In this document: positions 16,799 through 24,000 of the stretch, in pieces | Layout of the letters: each line of letters opens with the position of its first letter | How positions within the stretch are numbered: the stretch's first letter is position 1 | NCBI GenBank assembly: GCA_964343575.1 | Contig: CAYFJV010000001.1 | Location: forward strand, 200,705-224,704 | DNA: 24,000 nt | Source of the DNA: an uncultured Methanosarcinales archaeon | GTDB lineage: Archaea > Nanobdellota > Nanobdellia > Woesearchaeales > GW2011-AR9 | Direction: 5' to 3' | The notes under the pieces: model-generated | What the model was told of the DNA's origin: nothing | What the model saw: only the letters and a program-made list of their open reading frames with translations | Database searches by the model: none | Translations under genes and position numbers: made by a program

Positions 16799-17129
16799 TT
16801 TTGTTCTTTCTTAACTTCTTTTTTTCCTTCTCTGCTTTGAGAATCTTACAACAATACTCTTTCATGTGATCATCAATAAATTCTAGAAGTGGTTTGATGG
16901 TTTTCTTATTCACTGTGTAATAGCGGTACTTTCCTTCCTTCTCCTTAAAGACCATTCCATGGTATTCTAAAATCTTTAGATTATGCGAGACCATGGTTTG
17001 CTCAAAGTTTGTTGCTTTGCAGATCTCACCCACATTTTTTCTTCCTTCTCTGAGGACGTTGATTATTTGAAGTCGATTTGGATTTGCTAGGGCGCCGAAG
17101 AAAAACTTGTAGGTTTCAATGCTGTGTTT
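16791..17129 (-). CDS. ArsR-family metalloregulator
   Basis: ALANPNRLQIINVLREGRKNVGEICKATNFEQTMVSHNLKILEYHGMVFKEKEGKYRYY; overlaps the copA start by 8 nt. BoxA-like ATTTAAAT (17156-17163) supports start at 17129 rather than 17150. C-terminal EYCCK. Confidence 0.85.
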   Translation of the reverse strand, partial: KHSIETYKFFFGALANPNRLQIINVLREGRKNVGEICKATNFEQTMVSHNLKILEYHGMVFKEKEGKYRYYTVNKKTIKPLLEFIDDHMKEYCCKILKAEKEKKKLRKNKNE

Positions 17130-17173
17130 CATAAGTGAGGGATTTTTCATATGTTATTTAAATCTTTTGTTTG

Positions 17174-17190
17174 AAATGTGCTGTACATTT
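17174..17190. promoter_or_regulatory. Inverted repeat AAATGT-N5-ACATTT between divergent promoters
   Basis: AAATGTGCTGTACATTT lies between a minus-strand BoxA-like site (17156-17163) and a plus-strand TTTTTATA (17190-17197). Confidence 0.5.
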
Positions 17191-17218
17191 TTTATATTTG
17201 GAATGGAACATAGCTTTT

Positions 17219-17596
17219 GTGACAAGAGAAAGAGAGCCAAAGTTTGTAGACCGTGCTGCTTTTGAAAGGGTTGTGAACCCAGGGGATTTAGTTCTCTTGG
17301 TGTTAGATAATGATGGGAGAGGAACCTTTGGTGGACCCATTCAATTAACTGGCCTGTATTGTCCTTCCGAGCAGAGGGAAGATCTTGGGGAAGTACGACC
17401 AACAGGGACTTATTGTTTAGAAGAAGAGAATATTATTGGGATTTACACAGAGGGTACAATTCATCCATTTTCCTACAGAGGTGTTCTTTCTTTTCTTGTT
17501 CCTCTCAGAAGAGAGCAAATACTAGCCCACCTAAAGAGAAACTTTAAAGTGGAAGTTGCGAGTGCTTACGAAGAAAGGTTTTGGGAAAGAGAGTAA
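17219..17596 (+). CDS. Hypothetical protein (ORF-track start 17171 is a TTG upstream of the likely promoter)
   Basis: Continuous ORF; GTG at 17219 (VTREREPKFVDRAAFERVV...) follows a TATA-like element at 17190-17197. Confidence 0.5.
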   Translation: MTREREPKFVDRAAFERVVNPGDLVLLVLDNDGRGTFGGPIQLTGLYCPSEQREDLGEVRPTGTYCLEEENIIGIYTEGTIHPFSYRGVLSFLVPLRREQILAHLKRNFKVEVASAYEERFWERE

Positions 17597-17650
17597 ATTG
17601 TTCTTTCAAGAGGCTTAAAACTTATAAAGGGGGCTTTTGTTTTTCTGTTT

Positions 17651-18187
17651 ATGACTACAATGCGTGTAAAAGGACATGAGTTTCCTGTTTTGAAGATTAG
17701 TAGCTCTTCTTCTCGGCGGGCTGTATTGTTTAAGAATAATATTATTGCTTCGCTTAAGAAGTTAAGCATTCATGAAGATGATATTGAAGTTCCTTTAGAG
17801 CGTTTAGCTATTCGTCGAGTGCCTGCAAAGGCAGAGTGGTATTTAGATGGCTCTTTTTGTCAATTTGATTATGCGCTTGGAAAGAATTATTTGGAAAATC
17901 TTTATGTTGTCTCTAAAGTTATTGAGTTAGAAGTAGCTGAGCTGCTTTCTGGTGCTAAGAGTGAAGATAAATTTATCTTTGGCTTTAGTGAGAAGGATGA
18001 CTTTGTTGCTGAGCGTAAGAAAGCTCGCGAGCTTCTTGGCGTTGCTGCTGATTGTAAAGATATGCAAGAGATCAATGCTGCGTATAAGAAGCTTGCTCGG
18101 CAGAATCATCCTGATATGGGTGGGGATATGGAGAAGTTTAAGCAGATCAATAATGCGCATAAAGTATTGAAGAGAGAGTTGGAGTAA
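17651..18187 (+). CDS. Protein with C-terminal J-domain (start may be 17660)
   Basis: KKARELLGVAADCKDMQEINAAYKKLARQNHPDMGGDMEKFKQINNAHKVLKREL with HPD motif at the extreme C-terminus. Confidence 0.85.
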   Translation: MTTMRVKGHEFPVLKISSSSSRRAVLFKNNIIASLKKLSIHEDDIEVPLERLAIRRVPAKAEWYLDGSFCQFDYALGKNYLENLYVVSKVIELEVAELLSGAKSEDKFIFGFSEKDDFVAERKKARELLGVAADCKDMQEINAAYKKLARQNHPDMGGDMEKFKQINNAHKVLKRELE

Positions 18188-18200
18188 AGGAGAAAAAGCT

Positions 18201-18932
18201 TTAGCAAAGGTGCTCCCTATAAAACTGCCTTGCTTGATTTTCAGTATCTGCAAGCGTTCTTCCAGCATCTATGTAGGTTACTCTTACACCTTGACCTTCA
18301 AAGAGTAATCTAAGTTCATCACTTCTATAATGGGGGTTTATTTTTCTTTGGAACTCAGGAACCTCAAATTCACAATCATCTGCTTTTAGCCTTCCATCCA
18401 ATCTTCTCATTGCTTCATCTGCATCCTGAATCGTAGGGATTACTAAATGATCCATTGGATGAGAGAAGCAAAAAGCGTTCCCGGGGATTGCTAAAATTTC
18501 ATCTGTGCTAAAAGGAAGTCCAGCATCTTCTGCACTTTGTCTTTGATACACCAAAGTTGTCGAAAGTGACCTGCTTTGAAAGACGTGAACTCCTGCTTCC
18601 AATGCGGGAAGAACTAAACGTTCATAAAGGATTCTTCTATCTAAGGCATAAGCTTCAGCAACAGTTCTTGGATCATAGCTCCTCCCATTTTTTCCGATGA
18701 GTTCGGTTCTGATGTGCCTCCCAATTCCTGCAAAAGTTGGCTCAGAAGTCATGATCACATCTGCCGAAGAAATATCTACCAAGCTTGGGTTATAATCGTT
18801 TTCTCTCCAGAACTCATGTACATCAAAAACTTCTTTTCCATCACGTCTTGCTTCTTCTGCAAAGATACGTAGGGGAACTCCTTTCCCTACGCCATCAATG
18901 CCGTCAACAACAACAAATATTCCCCTTGCCAT
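18201..18932 (-). CDS. Thymidylate kinase-like P-loop kinase
   Basis: GIFVVVDGIDGVGKGVPLRIFAEEARRDGKEV ... SEPTFAGIGRHIR ... YALDRRILYERLVLPALEAGVHVFQSRSLSTTLVYQ: TMPK layout with altered Walker A. Confidence 0.8.
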   Translation of the reverse strand: MARGIFVVVDGIDGVGKGVPLRIFAEEARRDGKEVFDVHEFWRENDYNPSLVDISSADVIMTSEPTFAGIGRHIRTELIGKNGRSYDPRTVAEAYALDRRILYERLVLPALEAGVHVFQSRSLSTTLVYQRQSAEDAGLPFSTDEILAIPGNAFCFSHPMDHLVIPTIQDADEAMRRLDGRLKADDCEFEVPEFQRKINPHYRSDELRLLFEGQGVRVTYIDAGRTLADTENQARQFYREHLC

Positions 18933-18947
18933 CTGTACACCACAACT

Positions 18948-20627
18948 TTATTCTAAATCAACAGAACCATCAAGTCCCAATGCCAGGTTTTTCCCAGCAA
19001 TCCTTGATTGTTCTCTCGCCCTTGCTATCTTGTTTCCAGGATCAGAATGATCAACAAACTCGAGCATATCCTCCAACCATGGTTCCCTCTCTGTGGCTTG
19101 CCTTACCATTTCCTGAGTCATTGCTCGATAACTTGGGTGTCCAGCTGGTTGTGTTCTAAGCTCTCCAAGATGTTGCATCTCCCTAGGAACCATTCCCATC
19201 ATCCAACGGATACGATGATTAAAAAGGGTCACGTACTGTGACGCTGCTTCTAACCCTTTTCTTCTTAATTCTCCGTTAAGATCCTCAACCTGAGAAACAA
19301 GATCTAAAACTTCTTGCTCTAAACCAACTTCTCCTACTTCTGGAGGTAGGATAAACCCTAAACCAACACCAAGTTGTTGTCGTTGTTGTGTTAACATACG
19401 ATGTCTTTCAAGGTCTCGATACTCTGCAAAGCCACCGACAAGATCATAAGTCAAGGGGTAACCTCCCTCTAACCCTCTTGGAGTTCTATCTCTTCTAGTT
19501 TTACGATCTCCTCGATAAGCGATTAAAATTTCTCTTTTTCTTTCTTCAGGCATTTTGCCAACTTCATCAAGAATCTGCGCTAATGAAAGATGACTATAAG
19601 GGAAGAGCGCTGAAGCAGTTACCTCATCAATAAGGTCAGCTCTTCGCACAAGAGTAACATCATGCGCTGTAGGTGTAATTCCCTTGAATAGGCCATCAAC
19701 CAAAGTACGCATTCGCTGATGTCTTAAAGCAATGTTTGGATCATTTCTTGTCCTCTTTACATAAGTTGGGATTACTTTATCAAGCTCTCTTTGAATTTTA
19801 ACTGCCCTCTCTCTTTCCTCAGCAAGTTCACTTGACATTAGGGTTGAAATGAGGTGTGTAAGGTATCTTCCATTACCGAAGACACCCAAATGAGTTAATG
19901 TCGAAGAAGGAAGTACACATCTTCCAATATCAAGGGCTGCGCAACGGATGGTGAAGCGATAGCCATTTCTGAACTCAGCTCTCTCTCTATCTGTTTGTAA
20001 TCCAGATTCTCCCACCATTACTTTTCTTCCATCCCTGATCAGAGGAATTCTGAACTGATCTCTTGGAAAGACTCTTCTAAAATAATCAACTAGGGTTCCG
20101 GATCTAGGTTTTCCAACAAGTCTAGAATAAACTTCAAAAGCCCTATCCATAACAGCTTCATATCTTTGCATAAGTCCTGCTTCTGCAACTTCTTTTGGTC
20201 TGAGATATCTCCACCTTCCGTCTGGTCCCTTTACATCATAGCGAACATAACGTGTAGATTGCTCAATAGGAGATCCACCGATTCTTCTGTCCTCTATTGT
20301 TTTAGTCATAAGTTGAGTTACATTTTCAATACCAAGATGGACCCCTTCCAACTCACCAACAGATTCGTCGCCAAAAGCATTGAGGACACGGTCCATTACT
20401 TCTGTTCCTCTCACTGCACTTGGGTTTCCTTCCTCATCTAAGAATTCTCTAACAAGAGTTAATTGTAAACCAGTAGATGCTCGAGAATAGCGAGCCATTG
20501 TTCCTCCCGTTAGCTCAGGAGGAAGGCCATGAATAACAAAAGTATCTCCTCCAACATTTGTGACATAATTAGCTAATTTTGCAAGAATATGACCTGGTAC
20601 TTCATCCAAAGAATTATATTTTACCAT
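18948..20627 (-). CDS. Putative tandem-domain ThyX-like (flavin-dependent thymidylate synthase-related) protein
   Basis: RRIGGSPIEQSTRY aligns in register with the ThyX motif RHRxxSxNExSxRY. It is followed by ALDIGRCVLPSSTLTHLGVFGNGRYLTHLI (compare ThyX E-ARxxLPxxxxTxxxxTGNxRxxxHF). The second half has ERHRMLTQQRQQ and MQHLGELRTQPAGHPSYRAMTQEM. Confidence 0.75.
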   Translation of the reverse strand: MVKYNSLDEVPGHILAKLANYVTNVGGDTFVIHGLPPELTGGTMARYSRASTGLQLTLVREFLDEEGNPSAVRGTEVMDRVLNAFGDESVGELEGVHLGIENVTQLMTKTIEDRRIGGSPIEQSTRYVRYDVKGPDGRWRYLRPKEVAEAGLMQRYEAVMDRAFEVYSRLVGKPRSGTLVDYFRRVFPRDQFRIPLIRDGRKVMVGESGLQTDRERAEFRNGYRFTIRCAALDIGRCVLPSSTLTHLGVFGNGRYLTHLISTLMSSELAEERERAVKIQRELDKVIPTYVKRTRNDPNIALRHQRMRTLVDGLFKGITPTAHDVTLVRRADLIDEVTASALFPYSHLSLAQILDEVGKMPEERKREILIAYRGDRKTRRDRTPRGLEGGYPLTYDLVGGFAEYRDLERHRMLTQQRQQLGVGLGFILPPEVGEVGLEQEVLDLVSQVEDLNGELRRKGLEAASQYVTLFNHRIRWMMGMVPREMQHLGELRTQPAGHPSYRAMTQEMVRQATEREPWLEDMLEFVDHSDPGNKIARAREQSRIAGKNLALGLDGSVDLE

Positions 20628-20781
20628 TTTTCCAACCCCAAAACCTTCTCTAACCCACTCTGGAAAAGTGGTTTAAATACTTTGTTAGTCTCCTTTATCC
20701 ATAAAAAGAAAAAAAGCCCTACCCAAAGATCTATTCTCAAGGAAATAAACGATTATAAGCTTAATTTTTTTCTCCCACCCT

Positions 20782-21855
20782 ATGCCGGTTGCACTTATTG
20801 ATAAACAAATCCACAAACTTCTAGAGAGAGAAGTAATCACTGGAGTGAATGAAGTTTCTTTCAAAGATTGTGTTGAACCTGCAAGTATTGATCTTCCCGT
20901 TGGCGCAGTTGCCTACGCAGTAAAAGAAAAAGTGCTTCCCTACCAAAAGAAAGTAGAAGAAGTGCTTAGAAACATTATGATTGAGAAGATAAATCTCAAA
21001 GGAGGAGCGCTTCTTTACAAAGGGCAAACTTATCTTATTCCTGTTGCAAAATTGAACCTTCCAGAACACCACAGCGGCATTATCTCTCCAAAAAGTTCTT
21101 CGGGAAGAATTGATCTGATGCTTCGCTCTTTATTTGATAACTGTGGACTTTATGATACCGTCCCTGGTGGTGGAAAAGGAGTCTTATGGTTAGAGCTCAC
21201 ACCACAATCTTTTAACATTCGTATCAAAGCAGGCGAGCGAGTAAGTCAGTTGCGCCTTTTTCGTGATGATCTTCGTACTGATATAGATCTCTCCTCGGAA
21301 AAACTTCTCTTTGATGAGAAAAGCAATGTACTTGAAAATGAGTTTCACCAAGGAGATTTAGTATTAAAGTTAAATTGTAAAAAAGAAAGCTTAGTGGGTT
21401 ATGAAGCAATTGCAACTAATGAGCCTATTGACATGTCCTCTCGAGGAAAGCTCTTTGTTGAGCGTTACTTTAAGCCAGTCTATAGTGATAAAGATGGGAA
21501 GGTAACTTTAGAAGCAGGAAAGTTCTACATCTTTGCTACTAAAGAGAAAGTTTCTGTACCTACCCCTTGGTGCGCTGAAATGCTTCCTTTTTCTCACCTC
21601 GTTGGAGAGCTGCGCGCTCATTACGCTGGCTTTTTTGATCCAGGCTTTGGTTATGGAAAGAAAGGAGAGATAAAAGGAGCAAAAGGAGTTCTTGAAATTC
21701 GTCCCCATGAAACGATCTCTGTTTTTGATGGGCAACCTATTTGCTTAATGCGTTTTTTTAGAAACATTGAAGTGCCCACTGTTGCCTATGGACATGCTGG
21801 CAGTAATTATCAAGGACAAGGGTTGAAACTTGCTAAGTTTTTTAGGCAAAGGTAA
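20782..21855 (+). CDS. dcd: 2'-deoxycytidine 5'-triphosphate deaminase, long two-domain form
   Basis: ALIDKQIHKLL...VEPASIDLPVG...YLIPV...GIISPKSSSGRIDLMLR and second-half GELRAHYAGFFDPGFGYG...VLEIRPHETISVFDGQPICLMRFFR. Confidence 0.85.
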   Translation: MPVALIDKQIHKLLEREVITGVNEVSFKDCVEPASIDLPVGAVAYAVKEKVLPYQKKVEEVLRNIMIEKINLKGGALLYKGQTYLIPVAKLNLPEHHSGIISPKSSSGRIDLMLRSLFDNCGLYDTVPGGGKGVLWLELTPQSFNIRIKAGERVSQLRLFRDDLRTDIDLSSEKLLFDEKSNVLENEFHQGDLVLKLNCKKESLVGYEAIATNEPIDMSSRGKLFVERYFKPVYSDKDGKVTLEAGKFYIFATKEKVSVPTPWCAEMLPFSHLVGELRAHYAGFFDPGFGYGKKGEIKGAKGVLEIRPHETISVFDGQPICLMRFFRNIEVPTVAYGHAGSNYQGQGLKLAKFFRQR

Positions 21856-21937
21856 AAAACAAAAGAGAATATACCCTCTTTTTCAGTTAAATTGCAAATG
21901 CCAAGAGTTTAAATTCTTAGGTTCTTACTCTTAGTGT

Positions 21938-22060
21938 ATGAAGAAAACCAATCAAAGCTTAAAAAAGGACTTGGAAGAACAAAATGAATTTCTTGAATCC
22001 TTGCTACGTTCTTTTAATGATATCAAAGAAGGAAGAGTGAAGAAGTTTAAGCTTCCCTAG
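21938..22060 (+). CDS. Small 40-aa ORF, possibly antitoxin-like
   Basis: MKKTNQSLKKDLEEQNEFLESLLRSFNDIKEGRVKKFKLP*; too short for the supplied track. SLLRSFNDIKEGRVKKFK resembles tails of small archaeal antitoxins. Confidence 0.4.
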   Translation: MKKTNQSLKKDLEEQNEFLESLLRSFNDIKEGRVKKFKLP

Positions 22061-22144
22061 AGTTATCTCACTTCTAGATCTTCTTGAAAAAAGAGAAAGG
22101 AATTGTCCAAAACAAAAAAATTATAGAAAATAAGGTAATAACTG

Positions 22145-22606
22145 TCATTCGCAAGTTAACTCTTGAAATATTTCTAGATCACTGTAAGGGATCATGCCAT
22201 TGTAAGGACCCATAGAGGTGATTGGCCCACAAGCCTGCTGATAGTTAAACTGGTAAATCTTTCCTTCCTCAAGTCCAAGGTCTACACTTGTTGGGTTATA
22301 CACTCTAAAGACGCTTTCTTCGTTTACTCCCTGAAAAGTAAGGGTGTAAATATACTCAGATTCTGGACCATAAGGTCTTTCTGGTGGATACTCATAGAAT
22401 TCCTCATCTATCTTGCTTAAGGAAGCAGCAACTGAAAAATCGGAAAAACACATATCATTGTTAACAGCATAATCAAATTCTTCTAAGAGCTCCTGACAAT
22501 CTCCCAAGAGATCTTCTTCTAAATTTCCTTGGTCCATAGTACAAGAGCTGAAAAGGAGCAAGAAAATACCTAAAATGCTGATGTACTTAAGGTTTTTTTT
22601 ATTCAT
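22145..22606 (-). CDS. Putative lipoprotein
   Basis: MNKKNLKYISILGIFLLLFSSCTMDQG: signal with lipobox-like LLFSSC. Confidence 0.7.
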   Translation of the reverse strand: MNKKNLKYISILGIFLLLFSSCTMDQGNLEEDLLGDCQELLEEFDYAVNNDMCFSDFSVAASLSKIDEEFYEYPPERPYGPESEYIYTLTFQGVNEESVFRVYNPTSVDLGLEEGKIYQFNYQQACGPITSMGPYNGMIPYSDLEIFQELTCE

Positions 22607-22656
22607 AAGCTTTTCTCAAAAAGGAACGAGTTAAATATTTTTTGGTGAACATTAGA

Positions 22657-24000
22657 TCACTTCTTCTCTTTTTCCGCCAATTCATCTTGCAGCGCAGCTA
22701 GATACTCACGCATCTCAATTGCTTTTTCAAAGTCCAACATATCAGCAGCAGCACGCATCTCTGCTTCCACTTCTGCAATCTTTTTGTGTAAGTCCTCTAA
22801 TGGAAGGTGTTTCGTCCCCTTAATCTCTCTTTTCTTCTCTGCAATTGATTTGATAATCGTTCTTGGAGTAATATTGTGCTTTTTATTGAAAGCTATCTGC
22901 ATCTTTCTTCGAGCTTTCGTCGTCTTTACTGCATTAAAGATGGACTCGGTCATTTTATCAGCATACAAAATTACTCTTCCTTTCGCATTTCGTGCTGCTC
23001 TTCCAATGGTTTGTATCAAGGATCTTTCGTTACGTAAGAAACCTTCTTTATCTGCATCAAGAATTGCTACAAGACTTACCTCGGGGATATCTAATCCTTC
23101 TCGTAGGAGGTTGATTCCTACCAAGACATCATATTCTCCTGCACGCAGGGCTCTGATGAGTTCAATCCTATCAAGCGTGTCCACGTCAGAGTGCATGTAT
23201 CTTACTTTTATGTCCTTTTTTGCCAGGTGATTAGTTAATTCTTCTGCCATGCGTTTGGTAAGCGTGGTGACTAGCGTTCGCTCTCCTTTGGCTGTTGTCT
23301 TTTTTACCTCTTTAATTAAGTCAAGTACTTGTCCTTCAATTGGTCGAATTTCTACTTCTGGATCAAGAAGTCCTGTTGGTCGAATGACAAGCTCAACAAT
23401 TTGTCCGCTGTGTTGTTTTTCATAGTCAGCTGGCGTTGCTGAAACAAAAACAGCATGCTTAAAGTATTTTTCAAACTCTTCAAATTTGAGAGGACGGTTA
23501 TCAAAAGCGCTGGGGAGACGGAAGCCAAAATCAATAAGATTCTTTTTTCTGCTAAAATCTCCTTTATACATTGCTCGTGATTGTGGTAAGGATTGGTGAG
23601 ACTCATCAATAACTAGAAGGAATTCTTCTGGGAAATAATCAAGAAGACAAAAAGGAGCTTGTCCTTCTTTTCTATTATCAAAATAGCGTGAATAATTTTC
23701 GATACCAGTGCAATAGCCCATCTCTTCAAGCATTTCAAGATCATACTTGACACGTTTTTTGAGACGTTCTGCTTCAAACATCTCAAGTTGTGGAACTCTT
23801 TCTTCTAGCTCTTCAAGGATTGCATCTTTTACCTTTTGTATCTTTTCCTCGGGGACTACGAATTGTTTTGCTGCGAAAAGTTTGATGTGATCAATATTCT
23901 GGTTTGTTGTAGCGCCCGTTACAGGATGCACTTCTGCAATTCTTTCAATCTCATCGCCAAAGAATTCTACCCTTATGACATTTTTTTCGTAAGCAAGATA
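22657..24000 (-). CDS. uvrB: Excinuclease ABC subunit B, truncated at the right edge
   Basis: Frame stays open to 24000 (YLAYEKNVIRVEFFGDEIERIAEVHPVTG). Also YDLEMLEEMGYCTGIENYSRYF, LVIDESH, FVSATPADYE, VGINLLREGLDIPEVSLVAILDADKEGFLR, IGRAARN and a C-terminal UVR motif. Confidence 0.95.
   Translation of the reverse strand, partial: YLAYEKNVIRVEFFGDEIERIAEVHPVTGATTNQNIDHIKLFAAKQFVVPEEKIQKVKDAILEELEERVPQLEMFEAERLKKRVKYDLEMLEEMGYCTGIENYSRYFDNRKEGQAPFCLLDYFPEEFLLVIDESHQSLPQSRAMYKGDFSRKKNLIDFGFRLPSAFDNRPLKFEEFEKYFKHAVFVSATPADYEKQHSGQIVELVIRPTGLLDPEVEIRPIEGQVLDLIKEVKKTTAKGERTLVTTLTKRMAEELTNHLAKKDIKVRYMHSDVDTLDRIELIRALRAGEYDVLVGINLLREGLDIPEVSLVAILDADKEGFLRNERSLIQTIGRAARNAKGRVILYADKMTESIFNAVKTTKARRKMQIAFNKKHNITPRTIIKSIAEKKREIKGTKHLPLEDLHKKIAEVEAEMRAAADMLDFEKAIEMREYLAALQDELAEKEKK

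Noticed and set aside
14254-16840. Several antisense ORFs over the copper fusion gene and copA (e.g. 15063-15554, 15846-16091, 16544-16840)
   Set aside because: All opposite to a P-type ATPase or transporter with full motif support; shadow ORFs.
21867-21890. AAAAGAG...CTCTTTTT as a strong terminator or regulatory RNA
   Set aside because: Only a 7-bp AT-rich stem; could be a weak terminator but not enough to call.
22784-23230. 148-aa plus-strand ORF
   Set aside because: Antisense to uvrB, which retains intact motifs across the region.
1-24000. CRISPR arrays, long tandem repeats, transposases, prophage genes
   Set aside because: Looked for regularly spaced repeats, terminal inverted repeats and recognisable transposase, integrase or capsid motifs; none seen by eye.

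Overview
This window looks archaeal, probably a small-genome DPANN-type lineage. That assignment is inferred from gene content, BoxA-like promoters, BHB tRNA introns, a class III signal peptide and a short histone-fold protein. No mobile element, CRISPR array or rRNA was seen. Supported content includes: a YkgJ-type Cys-cluster protein; two convergent DUF218/YdcF-like proteins; a type IV pilin-like protein and an A24 prepilin peptidase; two adjacent coiled-coil/Pro-rich proteins; an alpha3-truncated histone-like protein; a HIT protein; a MopE-motif surface protein; a CAU-anticodon tRNA with at least two introns; a RelBE-like toxin-antitoxin pair followed by a zinc-ribbon protein; an intron-containing class II tRNA-Ser(GGA); lipoproteins; a copper-handling cluster (ArsR, CopA, HMA-SafE-cupredoxin fusion, stand-alone HMA, membrane-anchored wHTH); a C-terminal J-domain protein; and uvrB running off the right edge. 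The best candidate for something under-described is 18201-21855. There a thymidylate-kinase-like protein with an altered P-loop is co-directional with a 559-aa protein. I read that protein as a tandem ThyX-like fusion with its active-site motifs split between the halves. A long two-domain dCTP deaminase is divergently transcribed next to them.
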